DNA of 64,000 nt from contig CAZNEE010000003.1 in NCBI GenBank assembly GCA_964572255.1, forward strand, positions 182,539 to 246,538, given 5' to 3'. The notes beneath the pieces were generated by a model. That model worked only from the letters and a program-made list of their open reading frames with translations, searched no databases and was not told where the DNA came from. Positions 61,001 to 63,998 of this stretch are shown here, in pieces. Every line of letters begins with the position of its first letter. The stretch's first letter is position 1. The position numbers and the translations under genes were made by a program. This stretch comes from an uncultured Planctomycetia bacterium (lineage in GTDB: Bacteria > Omnitrophota > Gorgyraeia > Tantalellales > Tantalellaceae).

Positions 61001-63998
61001 GTGAGGGTGATTGAAGAATATCGGATACAAGCATACTTTCAAGCTTTATGGTGCTGTCCATCGTATAGAAAGAAAGATCGGTTTCGGTAAATGCCCACTC
61101 AACATTAACGCTATCGGAACCGAACCTGATCGGTGCGGAATCCAACCAGGTGATCATGCCGTTATTATTGTTTTCAATAAATAATGTCTCAAGATCAGCA
61201 AGCGTCAAACCTGGTTTAGCATTTATCATAAAGGTGGTACCGACAGGAACTTTTACTGTATGTCCCGCTATAGTCACCGTTCGCGCTGAAACGTTCACAT
61301 CATCCACCGCCCCTGAAAATGACTGCGCGTTATAGCCGGTGACAAACTTCACCTCCCCTGTAAACGTCCACTCACCTAACGGATTCTTCTTTAATCCGCC
61401 TTCAGAAAACCATGTTACCGCTCCCATCGCAACATTATCGGTGAAGATCTCTGCGAATTCTTCAAAGGTAAGATCATCTATGCTATCAACAGCAAACTTA
61501 TGATCCGGATCGGGTTTTATGGTCAGTCCTGCTATTGAAAGCGTGCCTAGCTCAACATTCACACTGTCTACCTCGCCCTCAAATGAACTTAGTGAGTTTA
61601 AACTAAAAAGTTCGATGTCCTTATCCGCAAACTTCCAGATATCAGAACCGTAGCGTCTTATAATTTCCTTAGTAATATAGCTCTTAACGCCGGCCAGAAC
61701 GTCATCATCAAAGATCTCAGCAAGTTTTTCTATTCCAACATTCGCGCCGTCTAAAGTTATGGAAGCATCATCATGCAGCGCTATTTCATACCCCGAAATA
61801 TTGATAGTATTGTTTTCAGGATTTACACCTTCCAAGTAAAAGACATATTGATCGTCGTAGTGATTTAAAACCTGTGTGTTCTTTCTGGTCTCAAAGGAAA
61901 GGTTAATACCCTGAGTGCTATATTCAATATAGCCTCCATCCTGTATTGTGTAATATACCCCTACGTCGGTAGACCATATATCAGCGCCTGCTGTCTGGCT
62001 ATCTATAAATGCGGTTTCGAGTTCTTCAAGCGTTATATATTCTCCATCCAGCATAATATTAAGCTCGAAATCTTCGCCCGGCGGCCAGACAGGTAACGTT
62101 ATTGAAAGACCGCCAATATTAATCTTGCCCCTCAATGTATCTACACCTTCCAAAGGAGTTCCATCCAAGTTTAAGGAGGTTTTGCTGTGCGCGCTACCCG
62201 GCTCATAGGCCCAATATTGAAGACGGCCTGTTGCTGGTGTCTTGAAGCGCCAGGTTGAATTGATGTTCTGTATTGTTTGACTATTGCCCGTTCTTGCTAT
62301 TAAACCCTGAGCTTTGGCTTCTTGTATAAACTGTTTGAGTTGAGACAGATCGATGTCATACTCCCAGTTTCCGTCGGGCTTCTGCCAATCTATTTGATAA
62401 GTGCCTTCGGGCATCGAGATATCAAAACCGCCCATGGTCATGGTCCCCTCGCTGGGACGAACGGCATCAACTACACCGACGCTAATATCTATGGTAGGCA
62501 CAACTACGCTAAAAACAACATAATCCCAAGAAAACTGCCAGGCTGAATCCGTTTTATTTATGATTTGTTCATCCAGCATTATCACGCTATAACCATCAGT
62601 CAACGCTTCATTAAATTTTGTGTTAAGCTGTTCAAGGTCCATGTTATAAGTCCAAGCTGTACCATCATAAAATGCGAGCCTGGGACTTGTAAAACCTGTA
62701 TACAGGATCTCCTGACCGCCCAGGTTTATCATCTCTTCCGTCGTATAAACCCCCTCAAGAAGAGCGCCTTGTTTAATTTTAGATTGGGCTACAGGTTCAA
62801 CCATGAAATAAAGATAAGATGCTGTACTTTCCCATGGGCCTGCTGCGTTCTCGGCTATATTCAGGACATCATACAGATGAACCGTCTCGCCCGGCGGCAC
62901 GTCGTCAATAAGGCCCTGCTCAAAGTCCTCAAAAGAATAGTAGTAATGATAATTGTTGTTTCTGTCTATTATCGTAAATGAAGTAAGATTCGGCATGTAT
63001 ATATCCTCTCCGGCAAGCCTCAAGATCTTGTTCGGAGAGTCGACATCTTGCAACATAGAACCTTTATTTATTACGGATGAAGCAAGAGGGGTATAACTGA
63101 AATACACATATTGATCAGCGAATTGCCAGCCCAAAGCAGTAAATTCTATACCATAACCCTGAAGAGGCTGAGAAGTTTTGTTCAATTCAATGGTTCTCCC
63201 ATCAAGCTGTGCCTGCATTAATTTTGTTTTAAGCTCTGCAGGCGATACAGGAATCGTCGACCATCCTTCTATCCAATAAACATAATCCTCCAGCAGGTTT
63301 ATGGTCTGTCCCCCTATAGTAAGACTCTCGTTTCCCGGGGTATCATCCACATCGGTAAGTACTGAACCTCCAAATAATTTTGATGTTGTCGGTATTGTTG
63401 TAAAATAAATCGCCTTATCCCATTGACTATCGTACTGAACGACCCAATCTCCCGCCACAGACCTTTCAATACTATAAATATCCTCAAGGATCCCGGGCTG
63501 TTCTATTTTTACCACGTAACCGTTAGCAAACGCTTCTTCTATTTTTGCGGCAAGCGTTTCTATGTTCGGCTGAAAGGTGTTATTGAAATAGAACTGATGT
63601 TCGGGCTGCAATTTAACGACAAAGTCACCGAACTGCAGGCTTCTTGTTGTAGTGTAAATAGCCGAAAGCGCGCCTTCAATAGTCCCCTCCTGTAAACCAA
63701 CTGGCTCAGGATCAATAAGAAGATCGACTGCACGCCATGCGGAGGTAATATCGTTCTGGATAAAGGCATTGTTAGAAATAAAGCCGTCCGGCAGACCTGA
63801 TCCTTCAGGTTCAAAATCTGCATTAAAATGCCGGCCTGACACTTCAACTTCATCAAAATACGTTGCCGTCGATCCCCAGCAACCTAACGCTATCTTGCCG
63901 GAACTAAAGGCATCAGCAAAATCGTCATATGCACGTATAAAAAGTTCGTCATTTATGTATACTTCTATAAAATTCCCCTTGCAATATACCTCAAGGTC
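31020..63998 (-). CDS. Giant-2: giant multidomain membrane/surface protein with embedded SecA-like ATPase, at least 10992 aa, 5'-truncated by the window edge
   Basis: The track ORF is 10940 aa from a GTG at 63842. The frame stays open for 52 more codons to the edge (DLEVYCKGNFIEVYINDELFIRAYDDFADAFSSGKIALGCWGSTATYFDEVEV), so that GTG is internal. TAA is at 31022-31020. Confidence 0.95.
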   Translation of the reverse strand, partial: DLEVYCKGNFIEVYINDELFIRAYDDFADAFSSGKIALGCWGSTATYFDEVEVSGRHFNADFEPEGSGLPDGFISNNAFIQNDITSAWRAVDLLIDPEPVGLQEGTIEGALSAIYTTTRSLQFGDFVVKLQPEHQFYFNNTFQPNIETLAAKIEEAFANGYVVKIEQPGILEDIYSIERSVAGDWVVQYDSQWDKAIYFTTIPTTSKLFGGSVLTDVDDTPGNESLTIGGQTINLLEDYVYWIEGWSTIPVSPAELKTKLMQAQLDGRTIELNKTSQPLQGYGIEFTALGWQFADQYVYFSYTPLASSVINKGSMLQDVDSPNKILRLAGEDIYMPNLTSFTIIDRNNNYHYYYSFEDFEQGLIDDVPPGETVHLYDVLNIAENAAGPWESTASYLYFMVEPVAQSKIKQGALLEGVYTTEEMINLGGQEILYTGFTSPRLAFYDGTAWTYNMDLEQLNTKFNEALTDGYSVIMLDEQIINKTDSAWQFSWDYVVFSVVVPTIDISVGVVDAVRPSEGTMTMGGFDISMPEGTYQIDWQKPDGNWEYDIDLSQLKQFIQEAKAQGLIARTGNSQTIQNINSTWRFKTPATGRLQYWAYEPGSAHSKTSLNLDGTPLEGVDTLRGKINIGGLSITLPVWPPGEDFELNIMLDGEYITLEELETAFIDSQTAGADIWSTDVGVYYTIQDGGYIEYSTQGINLSFETRKNTQVLNHYDDQYVFYLEGVNPENNTINISGYEIALHDDASITLDGANVGIEKLAEIFDDDVLAGVKSYITKEIIRRYGSDIWKFADKDIELFSLNSLSSFEGEVDSVNVELGTLSIAGLTIKPDPDHKFAVDSIDDLTFEEFAEIFTDNVAMGAVTWFSEGGLKKNPLGEWTFTGEVKFVTGYNAQSFSGAVDDVNVSARTVTIAGHTVKVPVGTTFMINAKPGLTLADLETLFIENNNNGMITWLDSAPIRFGSDSVNVEWAFTETDLSFYTMDSTIKLESMLVSDILQSPSPDYELIEINGTTRVRITGSTLITGDVTSLDNLMERLRSSAEEGLQDVVTLKIFEVSSNEWEAAEIQLVRTFTAELGFTFDHILASSLSVNVNQSDENKGEIIYDNNTYEIDERTHFYDIDGSSISFGEFKYLYDLIAGSMYLRVETSRVNDVFYVTRVDLLTDLSGSTDATGKINSIVINSLDPVDGTIDIKGLVFDITPLTKITDFNGNSISLDQLDQIMQDNALENIDTFVDVGSSYRPDGTMRAFELHVRTKPIDYTRDITELIESVDIGTDTTVTLGGTPYELAENYAFYDDRGEPIDLQGLDDLVNLITGDMSAAIYVQANLVWEEGEWLIKRIDLITDMYDNILEAISAIDVPMISGVLDNLDASGDMFTLGGVDFTLSPAPDFYVEDISGAHFNWEDLERIYDSNSFFGIDTYAWVTQSEENPWQAEKIKIPTVLSTVINGKLNDVNTAASTIDVGEKTVSITGETVMFSEEGTPLTVQDLFDLIKDNPDYLVNGVDYIARTITVNGVGYVLADSLYRDASGYTDTDADDIYDSLELALYGDLGVMNPGDTILHDSDADGVADIIEYIIYGNLIDIDSDEWIIGDTDTDGVYDILEFLLFGDLDTMSSLMEDTDLDTVEDIVEFAVYPEAVEILDSFGESIAWWELVDIFNTNERNGLSTYVKVTDDNGTAIKLEVKEKKDNIFVEAEVEKDQTGWIAEELIVKEVDMAEPDLVDFDLSSLDSFVIVGGFEIGIDGTTMLTDIDSTPMTLDDLADRITGEDAVHFEANISEGEEIAGSASIIFSGISVIDEFVRENVINFVSDWLENVSGKTQEAISNILDWLNGQSEHFGMSAFTALKAFIDPVAAVTDFAAMAAQAIINDIIFEVIPDAPSEGDELELSLLGLKQTAFDQTGQQAYAYDLEVPLDTDTDDIPDELEILLAGDLITITDVNSLFAQDVDLDLVPDVYEYAIYADLDAAGFDDKDSDSIPDMMEVLISSDLSPQDINDLIAIDFDEDGTPDVYEYSAYNSRRHGFGALKALIQSGATVLAYIGSNHYLTVTDIDADDILTIIEDGQELTVSKNSFMREWSGYVVTFTNIPEREEVEDEKAKEIKGAGRSSFAGGSTSSGGFFGITSGQGVSSHDGYWYGSIPFPEDLYNYTMAGVDLYEPFGVSMSIESYDWKGTLTSLQYYGPKENELNNKYGQFLGELNIQPPRDNRTWRKQVKNLAGGGWEITYFTRGDDGGINEPGLIIEYGSSYQGYPLERLWWPRFDYGTDSSNSETGTRRKTNIDLFQIGPDGSMIPIPINESVLERTYATLRAGDSGSSSTGGVSYTVPASMSEYLEALAEYDTVIRDRLVNPAEDGYLSLYSDDLAGAYGNIRIEVEDYWNDQKGNLQDYLDELVPIWKNLYTNSDEAGALDVYNYTLGEGEKFFDKCLKELWHADGELKGLDIHDFRTPWEDGYGLRSNITEMLDTGDGSEIAQKQGEYTTAFTEKINELLQVTGEYTSRVQGIYSDKVQLSVNEIEEMLNAGWLTVPDSQQLSAYQESLNNIRTSLENAKGALENMNSEIDILKTAVVTMQTEVERLLTEARDMVYDAFEEILDTMHEKREEMLGFLDKAYELGEYLNGETFNDGRKYGDGSAKPDFLFIEDREKDQPQSLLDMLANLWGQLPDADFDIGALWNVYCEWGGFIGISTGPYEQPIGGIATGSCAPPTGVVDTQTWIAWVNMQEWWNATFGDGLGLSGEGDEDSGSGGPDDPRYKKNPLSSTDFKKLYQGFEGVEITARDGTSKTVKAKLDLTENFDVITEKYEEIVIGAADKLKEAADIEREAREKIAAAKTNLTWSYLDARKWLRETKDSLAEERAIQSDMLDEIDSAAQAASDGSPNSNFSAGFTNQERENRLGNNGYLTGAYSTVAAILDERLAISATGDDTTVLGLLKGADDLADSCFKRNDIKGQGGGYLSILDPMGGILYELGHDDLGVVFDFHAISGEGNQYNPDVRDDETKGIMADLWKLSDLMVDAALQAAPFPAGEGATPAVAGSYTTNANGGGIADNEHVKWSSGTSRNNEIKTLMEKYWRYYGLGFQLNNSARAAISNEYSTSWGFGSDLQEESYGKLPTERNGDYTSAGMPTGDYTTINDKRLVHHYPTARQWFYWQALEESWHHVGKYIAPEDESDPVYYRSSYIYNPYGFDLTGNGDADYLVDKEGNFTVGDYTTEVGIIELDPYILGSYTTIELIEGADTGTDLISVDLSDEFLIRKIWLDQLVAEKLEEADEARFDNIKDFYNVELKEALINETYNNINDDLMAVRDARKARINAWKADLHAENDEAYYKTRRELNRAEANIKRGYITQLQSMAKQCYRSLEEVMKQVDPTYQLDSAIVDLIEKDVESFNTGFDAASRQILDKYIKDFIDLILSAKYLTDPNTLQPVETVIKDHSQGLGAAHDRAIERMMDSFKESKRRTDESLDEIADQRRTARENWEEMKKAIDSKCAALSLAEDALYNLNKAKLDQKKTDLINQYNDIINDGVFNLLDDFNAVEEDDLAEKMFPASDILKIALGKDMLTGRDVIEDAVDVALNKALLAGNELVGDYSTVANSVDYDATAGAAAWVYFRDREERFDTIRDSLMTIADEWKRAQSNPREIIRTGLGADEKYLTQVFGVKTLDEAAAMIDKMTIEISDLAIELILKIEGKDKKLTYKEKDDTGKEQEKEITIGQIFEDRRRIVMVTGVTSEDDEDKVVGYQFTVTGGKDLIDFTFSYDLEGRFIGYTMIKWEKRGEVWIQKRFDFDPTGQQVGKEPKVTVFTTAVISGRVVLLPQVVVERAEDKLPPGTEIVEDPETGRKRVVQRRDMVLAERSVQVRDPSSGKIETKKVQVVRTEVYVDGQLQSVRYTTQVKLGEDLKTVSISVAGKEDERAATKAIMALTRMDISKFVDVEAGTIDIGGLTGLSEEQLRKIGIETTAGILAGVRPEDVFDAVIGLVFGAAGVQAGRLTVAGVEIDIARKAADPNVISAETGAGVITQTLASDEKVIQGIRTVSGDVIRLAGEGGSVGIPFTQEAFEALGRIGAGITISLADVDIQERTGLELLLDISKEFEAVAAGTGITGIQFTASDSVFASEYREGQLESFGLLGRVSTEIELDTKIELMKAKEGEFMLDIEQAEAKVAQFLALTEVKATSLAEFMALASLIAKELRTGIKGWVDNVLLFSKVEGQTITGIQALALKLADGRILDIMPIDIIPQTEMAKVAEVIGGLRGANVKETIAQRAEALMAELIFIPVVARFEPIIAAAARETVAGAMQELARGGLETIMFFAKGSEIMKVEMVEGGKAEEDVRITSVGRTEMASIAPVAQVGMFRTDALQSFGQGAVAIEPFAKPQIVLTKITQEVRVTGETFTIRADMITGEKTLIISGGTYPDEASLKSSALSAAAEQGISVKDVIVVGKMFNTEFTFTFFSSGNLTFDFNRLESLATGAGRAISESFAGALNAVRKSQGLGEIRLGDVMMAMVRSKDQFDADGNLIKGAFASRIEAFKEMATEEGAKKLSMVISHFERTTGAKFGPQQIGNVINIIAGMSKERRALLFDLARFGMVSRDDVANYAGAMSNATGDLLPALNAVVMLQGMDKFFTFKEVDGKKVVASFDNQKVVGALNMLDEKTVSAFAKVLTEATGIEIDKTAAADMLAGMEQFFNFKEVKDERTGAVSKRLESFNSEAFDSTIKALGLLTEDNVTSFKDAMQHATGKEMNLINAALIMASMSKLFSEDLSSFDADTFTSTVKALNLLTKDDVASFKGALGKATGKEVGAVQAAIIISGMKKFFNQEITSFDGTSFKDTVARLNMLTGDDTKAFASAIKTATGDKIDTVSAAIMMSGIDKFFSFKTVEGKKVLDSFDGTSFKATVAKLNMLSADNTKAFAAAINKATGEEMSAISAAVMMAGMDSFFISKTVEGKEVLSFNGDKFQSTVARLNVMTKDNTETFASAIKTATGEEMSAISAAVMMAGMDSFFNFKTVEGKKVLDSFNGDQFKSTVARLNVITEDSTKAFAAAIKTATGEEMGAISAAVMMAGLKDFFSSEMVEGKEVLSFNGTEFKSTVARLNMMTGDDTKAFAAAIKTATGEEMSAIGAAVMMAGMDSFFNFKTVKGEKALDSFNGTEFQSTVERLNMLSSDNTKSFASAIEKATGEKVGVVSAAVMMAGMDSFFISKMVEGKEALSFNGDKFKSIVTRLNNLSEDMVKSMASAIEHATGRELNKLNAAFMVVSMDTLFGDKDNLFAGQFQKIVSRLNNTSKEWVGALGSAIRDTTSSEKWAELTDFNLAMMLVSNDKFYDSKNELIFKGKDGTLVKVEMGKGKEEAAELGEIYDKAVYKGKSSDINIIAGNILANRDAFTEETAKGLEQLLGSFGVAIGRHTFTLTADGEEVGSGYVDEDKATKRITFILQKEDGSLAMLMPDPEGEFQFRGIKAEGSTMISRTDTKVMNEVSEEKEISVRTNNFSFDGKGPATLADVAAGKKALGEKGEVVGFTVVVAEKTEDGRTITNEYKGVVEDGKLIGYGDEKKGEYHFLNEAGSKLMDMYVGEYKGVQGNFVFEDGELLTFAQLSGSYTEDTLKKVLSDFEATDDAKISLTGEYNGRKGEFTFNGKGELQKGEVIITESDYYIRSSVAMDILGIDEETYFAPGNKEQYEAVNSLAEKLTSTESVEESLSQLTAELFEGGTGRSFAADLLGREGMNIDKSKVVLKMGEDGHLVGFTTVESIGRSSLAIDYTDSEGKSYGGSMDLFPLLEGGILSKDDQVSILYSRSSNDYDARIDFGMGDKFVGLGKDDVKGWISISLGEKEQYIDSRGEKQEYFTYKASCGFNVAVGGEVGANVVVAIANMDIFGAGEVSACTMDELLDQISDEHSIGIDNVEGFVVTFNPAGTHSLKDTFNVSAKINYGNLDEKQKEVIADTYVKFGEIGALEDYGNKVKSSGLGGMIAAFKNEDKMVSDLVSITGLSEGEVRGAVDKAWGLGLEGKVDSIINRLTDKLEAQGTIGENCYLADDTVVNLTLYTPTGMNEGNMNAVVSAKEGAVDTQSNMGEVAFIRVETMFEDDIIWNDYEVSMMAKYNVEGDLLDVAHLMVFGQESLSGRVARAYMHFNEEKGNVYALGAAHGSTMVTGRNTVLFHGDYHDTFWNTAIFGAANADVSRTSHYDMVNGSSILEHTDAGAEAFKFYMNNVGINSTVMFVSDTWNSGFLGKAAVVVVAILAVVGAYIAVAAAVAASAATSAATATATILGMTLSVGAGTIISSSAAAFTLVAAAAFTLAVATVQYFAEARTYEELNVFFEKHTIIKGALSLLADIVFIAGTSGIGRVLQNIGVVAAERWAAKYLIQQGAFYAIRTAVVNTAVAVGKFLMAVGKYTGINFIAKLMWTGAKIQIAMWVTAIKAITTVTWKYAIVPLAQAWWSGVQIMWQAMGTVGQAILKVVTWPVRALTRVIARGITMAAKAIASRWDFVLKISYTDALGKQVTVKGFKAVLMHSMKGFHPAHMAGEFLRLTFTLQFTLHAFATVLPISGASADTIALWSITKSRNIIRTIGRDIGMMIYSMKQREGVAGIVEIFTSAQRFTGHMIFMGVFNFLGIVPAYTGQLLGAIGRSIGLTALTGSITTGVYSWTLSFGKTVGGWIRKFGKGIGDAMTKSGFWEEAIKEPILANVLLFWVPDENLREILVEFFDVDGGVNLSAIKRDLVRGALGVAVDNIDLSNTQQREALIQAFGENAPRIIHDAQSGLVTQEKLNDLTNDLAKSDLTDANVREQLSEAGLLEAATQIQGFANQNKAILAAVANKDFEAIGRMAEADIGEDSKSQKLLDVISYLTLNGVISEGNFSSTFGTIDLAARMMSGSLGDAAMLKDLGLTDADTSILKDMEKSKMGSVLSQAGQALLSRLGASAAKDLRVQLSQAIGGAVISHIGQASTKEEAQQIADTFDEMGIDNTVTGFALALVNSDMSREHVNEVLTIAGANIMRNTGEFNFITLDNASQKPVVNESALRGVFAGAMIETFGMQAFATELNANLLKEFGITKDSTPRIFGVYQAFSRDAQVGDLVLRQIGQRMAEGSVNEGNVVMMAALSLARVDTANISAREKLFEKIGMTKADAQSFINIVDRLNSFDQQQGTSGTAYLALNNVSKKIGEVTNLTQDLSREAGSIIINLSGGNITGEHMDILVSLGMQKNEAALLRSVSQSTDAAKTLIMREVANNMGIGRNFTQVVLGAVIQYARDLRAIVNQLNEALGWKQSTIDHVINSVEKTAAVREVSAEILSEYRSKIASLDAEIREREAKFVDRNREHTVGEFISNRRAGIVEGWMMDVKISANIVNTERLIDQKEGLESELESLGSTTKQNARADIARAFIQNLGTLREQDVAFHIDRIVIGSLLANSNGDISSIESELRDLNIDLSAYNFGNLTAKEKLQLANNLGEYLLGAGFAAIGVKVDMNNLFRNALIISAPNMQVVRELGIEVTDPVLAKLTEENREQFNLAGQVMQYYQVDALARMESAELMRTMGDLVMALTSDYTLMEDVLTSRPSILLRSLNADSLLAIQALAEVLPAMGPEQLAIFSVYGVAPMAAATVKKMLEETIRTVDGKAVLTNDQVEALKDMGISENTISKLTTVDAIAQEVARKTVDTKSFVDEKAAENMVRAMRLLGIQVFEGADLRQVIEVLNERSAAVDRISRITKDLIEEGVFEYEVGQNLLYTLARETSTIAASTGVLTRINDLTIKKKEQLRDYINEGYKLEQVKEQEAVEKINQDIEGVERLRPSDIDAVKVLKGNAVINWITSRQAAVRGRIQAGWATFWSEVVRTKLAAISDRFKAGSILQRITDYLTDRAQAIALFSARDAFMAGLTMNLVDKYAMNIGNKFLTQLSEEERNNLKDAVSDRAGMVAISNAVKETSMREMQRKRLAQLLGVEENVILNYEATVAEGRTNLDVIVDRIKTLSEKDFANAMRILGVRTNRTSYNELSSDLSKNIIAVLGREINIRALASEEVKLLLAVSVGTNLQDKLKEIVEEVGKEKTKEFKSKRDRITRGMKREMLAVASMAILAQNGYTPHVEQIKAALVVSRRNSRWIAELATGEGKTIVGVLRAYLKGIEGTGSLVAVQADYYARVAYEKEAVPILQDLLGLEVGLVQRDMEGATQAERDQARRAAYAKDVTYVAIDTWAFDVLHDRDTPDIRRSERYIFQGEGYYDHLKKMSACLDEVDSLLIDQAKTQFIMSGRTGPLNMYDQIRLRGAARAVLENFNVASLNMFAMRLTGKETEIDASSVKRTGDIVEAIDREGEYDAWYNEVTKEVGFTEAGRKKLQKAVVSGLNSLRNYSKQELDRDVLDQVLQEAKEKWDKEAREEWTNYVRQALQAQHTYVEGRDYVKRENQILLIGKDTGRTQTGQRLQGELHQLIEAKEDLSIRSKSRTTSRITAKDLISLFGDVSGMTGTIASSMAEMGMMRELYGMNIFKVARHSIMRREDMPEQYFLTEAERTAFLLQLVHDAVREGKPLVIHTLGVNDALRVKGILQKENFAQLLATAKREIDGQKLSPKESLELIETEMRGTDEKKGVPYFQMLDASNESEEDVIVDRAGLGGMITISTPISGRGTDIKVSKAAREWGLQQVSMGFYDSVRVDDQVRGRSGRQGVIGITTNLICLEAQMEFLKRGFLKGGDLLKQAQEMLERGEKLSEADKNVLKTAFTQAQKNIVNMQVRSIRHQAREETIIFELANRLISLIDSRSGISYDLGTPEYLDHRVSQMVDKYMSEEVTSAGFQSILRDIKDTFGIELKLSNIESVIRKNTVDEIKVALGKILTGYFTQRMIEEISADAKGQFYESLDSSSDKIKEAQGFFEQASANIVNEVLVIEGRELQGINELNLNQFVQYQIKQHEENMAEVKDLLQKAQEMRSQDLELARGFVLQAQEIQRDNVEAQELLSSIDAEIAELAKAATEKSEEEAIRRAERFEGMQAVDIFGQKEKVKGLNIFQRMGAAIRGLGIGMGVELQSAAPQLAQMQQAAAELEADIEAVINQSKTSEVRESTEVIGTANIAGREVTLVRSETGEKSALVAAAKAITSTMDSKGKVPGSIVFIPPDVTKEEAEQAAEKMIAEFAPEKGKIMVASLAHNTTFMFSESEARVIAATHLNLTNSNVLDVTDADEIFARNMRVRDFGTFFVFGNEFKLTTSQDGRKVITSAAKISEAERRALRHLELISDPAGLSLLKVTNPHKYEALMKDSEFKTLLNLYNNNLVNMSNYGSVIFGEAGLNADLLYKLMERNGLYKPDEIFALYSPWMKIMNAIKRFFSFDRTAEETQKAMSQLMVALMIPAEVMGLKDFDARLQRWRRSDGEFIAASEVFDIVVDFAARDITHYSELAEAAVANGEFEKAFALYTLNTILSNGDLRYAVKAYNAAQELDKGEAIGDHTRLLISRIGHLLRDKRGESAEELILVGLAKAGDANKLPAVATLRKAADLTEAKDARESILTEAAELANQIDVKAADIIERGGLKTDSLRGVFIEKLLKGLNLVKLTGLTPDELKTMGMIDESTTLALKNMNARRTIADAITERVKLVVGDRIDSIKDAWAKDTPFRRLIIKAGAVAGVIALAPYVGITITLYKGAILASMLLSSKAMDRFKGVQSKGSKFKKYLGPLSKFSQSNVTKLMIAASVLTSSWYVAIAGSMLMLMGKIFGKAYSGVSANITYNSVLDSSKPLLLALQKLEAMPEDKRTFASVVKVATDYNVDTELLVEAASKLKADLASSLIEGKETITEDGRVQREDGLRTKEVDEMGAEVDSLSVQEMENLSAAASALKEKMTEKEYERLTIYDLIQTARNFNIKVGSPLFINLVLLTDLINVRRLTGQFVVGKEATREAVMDLLNKALALYGALSAIDPLLAREISLSDLGFTDARPIRIDQVDEDNTVFIKYVIKNTTDTQVQERMQSLLDKMEEAKKESRQLTIREALEIALNDLMPGEAFTIENIMQLEEKNMKKFMAVMSSILFAMNYKVGAEKAQEMALKDVLLRYYQETAKEARLKENIELADKLTDKVNELDPERQKIRTRREAINEFVSIENKTMRQAKRIAGKYDVKLEIILSSLVGTDFEIIQKVADAYKGLSEGMGEAAERMDIERTISAIRKLESEYSEEGKIADWLSRDVLMSDKLRALQDAEVVLGMRSGTLGRQMDQAVNLYERIELAEAKAPKTKEVQQLENRIRLLEGERQELKNKIQGLENQLSDQRSALIDEARAAEKELRSNIQVDEIMLDQEIRSYNLKVGEFNQLQGIMERYARDNMAVPKDQMDKLEELKAFLATEKPKIEKMQSNLDELVKELSGLSEKAKQDLKDLQGNITKEIGSIRQQMTKIDDTIEKLTKALAVAAKVSPAVAAEVPSAEAGFAQIGGLMTFSAVSVLSLTALAAGLNVALVALIALGTAVAVPVLLKGVQIASESIKAGVRPVGHAFFAQQFLGTALEKGKQLSGAVRFREDRARLVSVDLDKMPNAVRTNLEKLLEVEDVEIELSGDRAVDAAVAYQTGKVPTSKFNIEQELFNLDLVKVRKTESGELQLFIPDEARGDFDARELSLIREMDGSDLDVLAMIAVESARYSEAGFGLSSALEIFLSGSVDTLSSAQINQLRFKIDAIVRDGAVASRVMQITGVSKDVADRAARIAAKKAELEKHIPAVIKKAVEEAPVEVPGFVSPAALGTLIPEIMSDTGLPREFIDGMAMALTRPEITEAIEDGKIDIEEFRRKMTEAKSPVELIISLAELFNKAGLFEKTVVPAFDARGDRLFNEDMIRHIAKQAHGIEFIRPVIVVDKGMTGEVERIITEAEIPVSEVEIVEFEEGSTIVGAVNECIEEMKVRPDLRFDSDAAYVAIAVAENTEDLEAIRDHSNKVTKASELFNMLIANTEDENLKGKNALLAAMPIMSVMVRMATKDRVNEKPAGLALACKDMDLIRSMLGGKFNLMPISAIDIMKNIMEFINSITKTAIAL
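32860..33420 (-). other. Long coiled coil in the giant-2 C-terminal region, followed by a hydrophobic hairpin (about 32820-32660)
   Basis: Heptads VQQLENRIRLLEGERQELKNKIQGLENQLSDQ...IEKMQSNLDELVKEL...IGSIRQQMTKIDDTIEKL, then LMTFSAVSVLSLTALAAGLNVALVALIALGTAVAVPVLL. Confidence 0.7.
37400..39940 (-). other. SecA-like translocase ATPase domain embedded in giant-2
   Basis: SecA motifs occur in the expected order: TPHVEQ, IAELATGEGKT (Walker A, about 39725-39699), ADYYA, AYAKDVTY, LDEVDSLLIDQA (about 39345-39310), GRDYV...DTGR...GELHQLIEAKE, SGMTGT, TISTPISGRGTDI, DDQVRGRSGRQG (about 38080-38045), and scaffold-like AFTQAQKNI. Confidence 0.93.
43940..45360 (-). other. Hydrophobic / amphipathic membrane-helix cluster in giant-2
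   Basis: KAAVVVVAILAVVGAYIAVAAAVAASAA..., AAAFTLVAAAAFTLAVATVQYF, a Trp-periodic stretch, HMIFMGVFNFLGIVPAY and ILANVLLFWV. Confidence 0.75.
48100..50230 (-). repeat. Helical tandem repeat in giant-2, about 11 units, core alternating 65/64 aa
   Basis: Unit: ASAIKTATGEEMSAISAAVMMAGMDSFFNFKTVEGKKVLDSFNGDQFKSTVARLNVITEDSTKAF. The plus-strand anchor tcgccYgttgc lies at 49456, 49261, 49069, 48874, 48682 and 48487 (steps 195, 192, 195, 192, 195). Confidence 0.9.
57690..58500 (-). other. Split peptidase C39-like domain followed by a double-glycine-leader-like motif
   Basis: N half FGMSAFTALKAF...LSLLGLKQTAFDQTGQQAYAY. C half LKALIQSGATVLAYIGSNHYLTVTDID...TVSKNSFMREWSGYVV (His codon at 57875-57873). 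Then EEVEDEKAKEIKGAG (GA at 57698-57693). Confidence 0.6.
57958..59418 (-). repeat. Two blocks of four DxDxDxxxDxxE (thrombospondin type-3-like Ca-binding) repeats at 59418-59100 and 58262-57958
   Basis: Block 1: DTDADDIYDSLE, DSDADGVADIIE, DTDTDGVYDILE, DTDLDTVEDIVE. Block 2: DTDTDDIPDELE, DVDLDLVPDVYE, DKDSDSIPDMME, DFDEDGTPDVYE. Confidence 0.8.
58650..63700 (-). repeat. About 15 degenerate 90-105 aa beta-rich repeats resembling DUF5666
   Basis: Recurring GxVxxV(D/N)xxxxTxxIxGxxI pattern: LEGVDTLRGKINIGGLSI, FEGEVDSVNVELGTLSIAGLTI, FSGAVDDVNVSARTVTIAGHTV, INGKLNDVNTAASTIDVGEKTV. Each is followed by an amphipathic helix and often a Trp-containing strand. Confidence 0.6.
63837..63998 (-). 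other. C-terminal end of a ConA-like/DUF1080-type beta-sandwich domain
   Basis: LEVYCKGNFIEVYINDELFI...FSSGKIALGCWGSTATYFDEVEV fits the lxVxxxGxxIxVxvNg...sGxIxL...vxFdnixV ending of this fold. Confidence 0.6.

Noticed and set aside
31084-63856. Plus-strand ORFs up to 453 aa (for example 50989..52350 and 48085..48963) and short minus-strand ORFs inside giant-2
   Set aside because: They are Ser/Ile/Pro-rich antisense or off-frame translations typical of shadows of a long coding frame.
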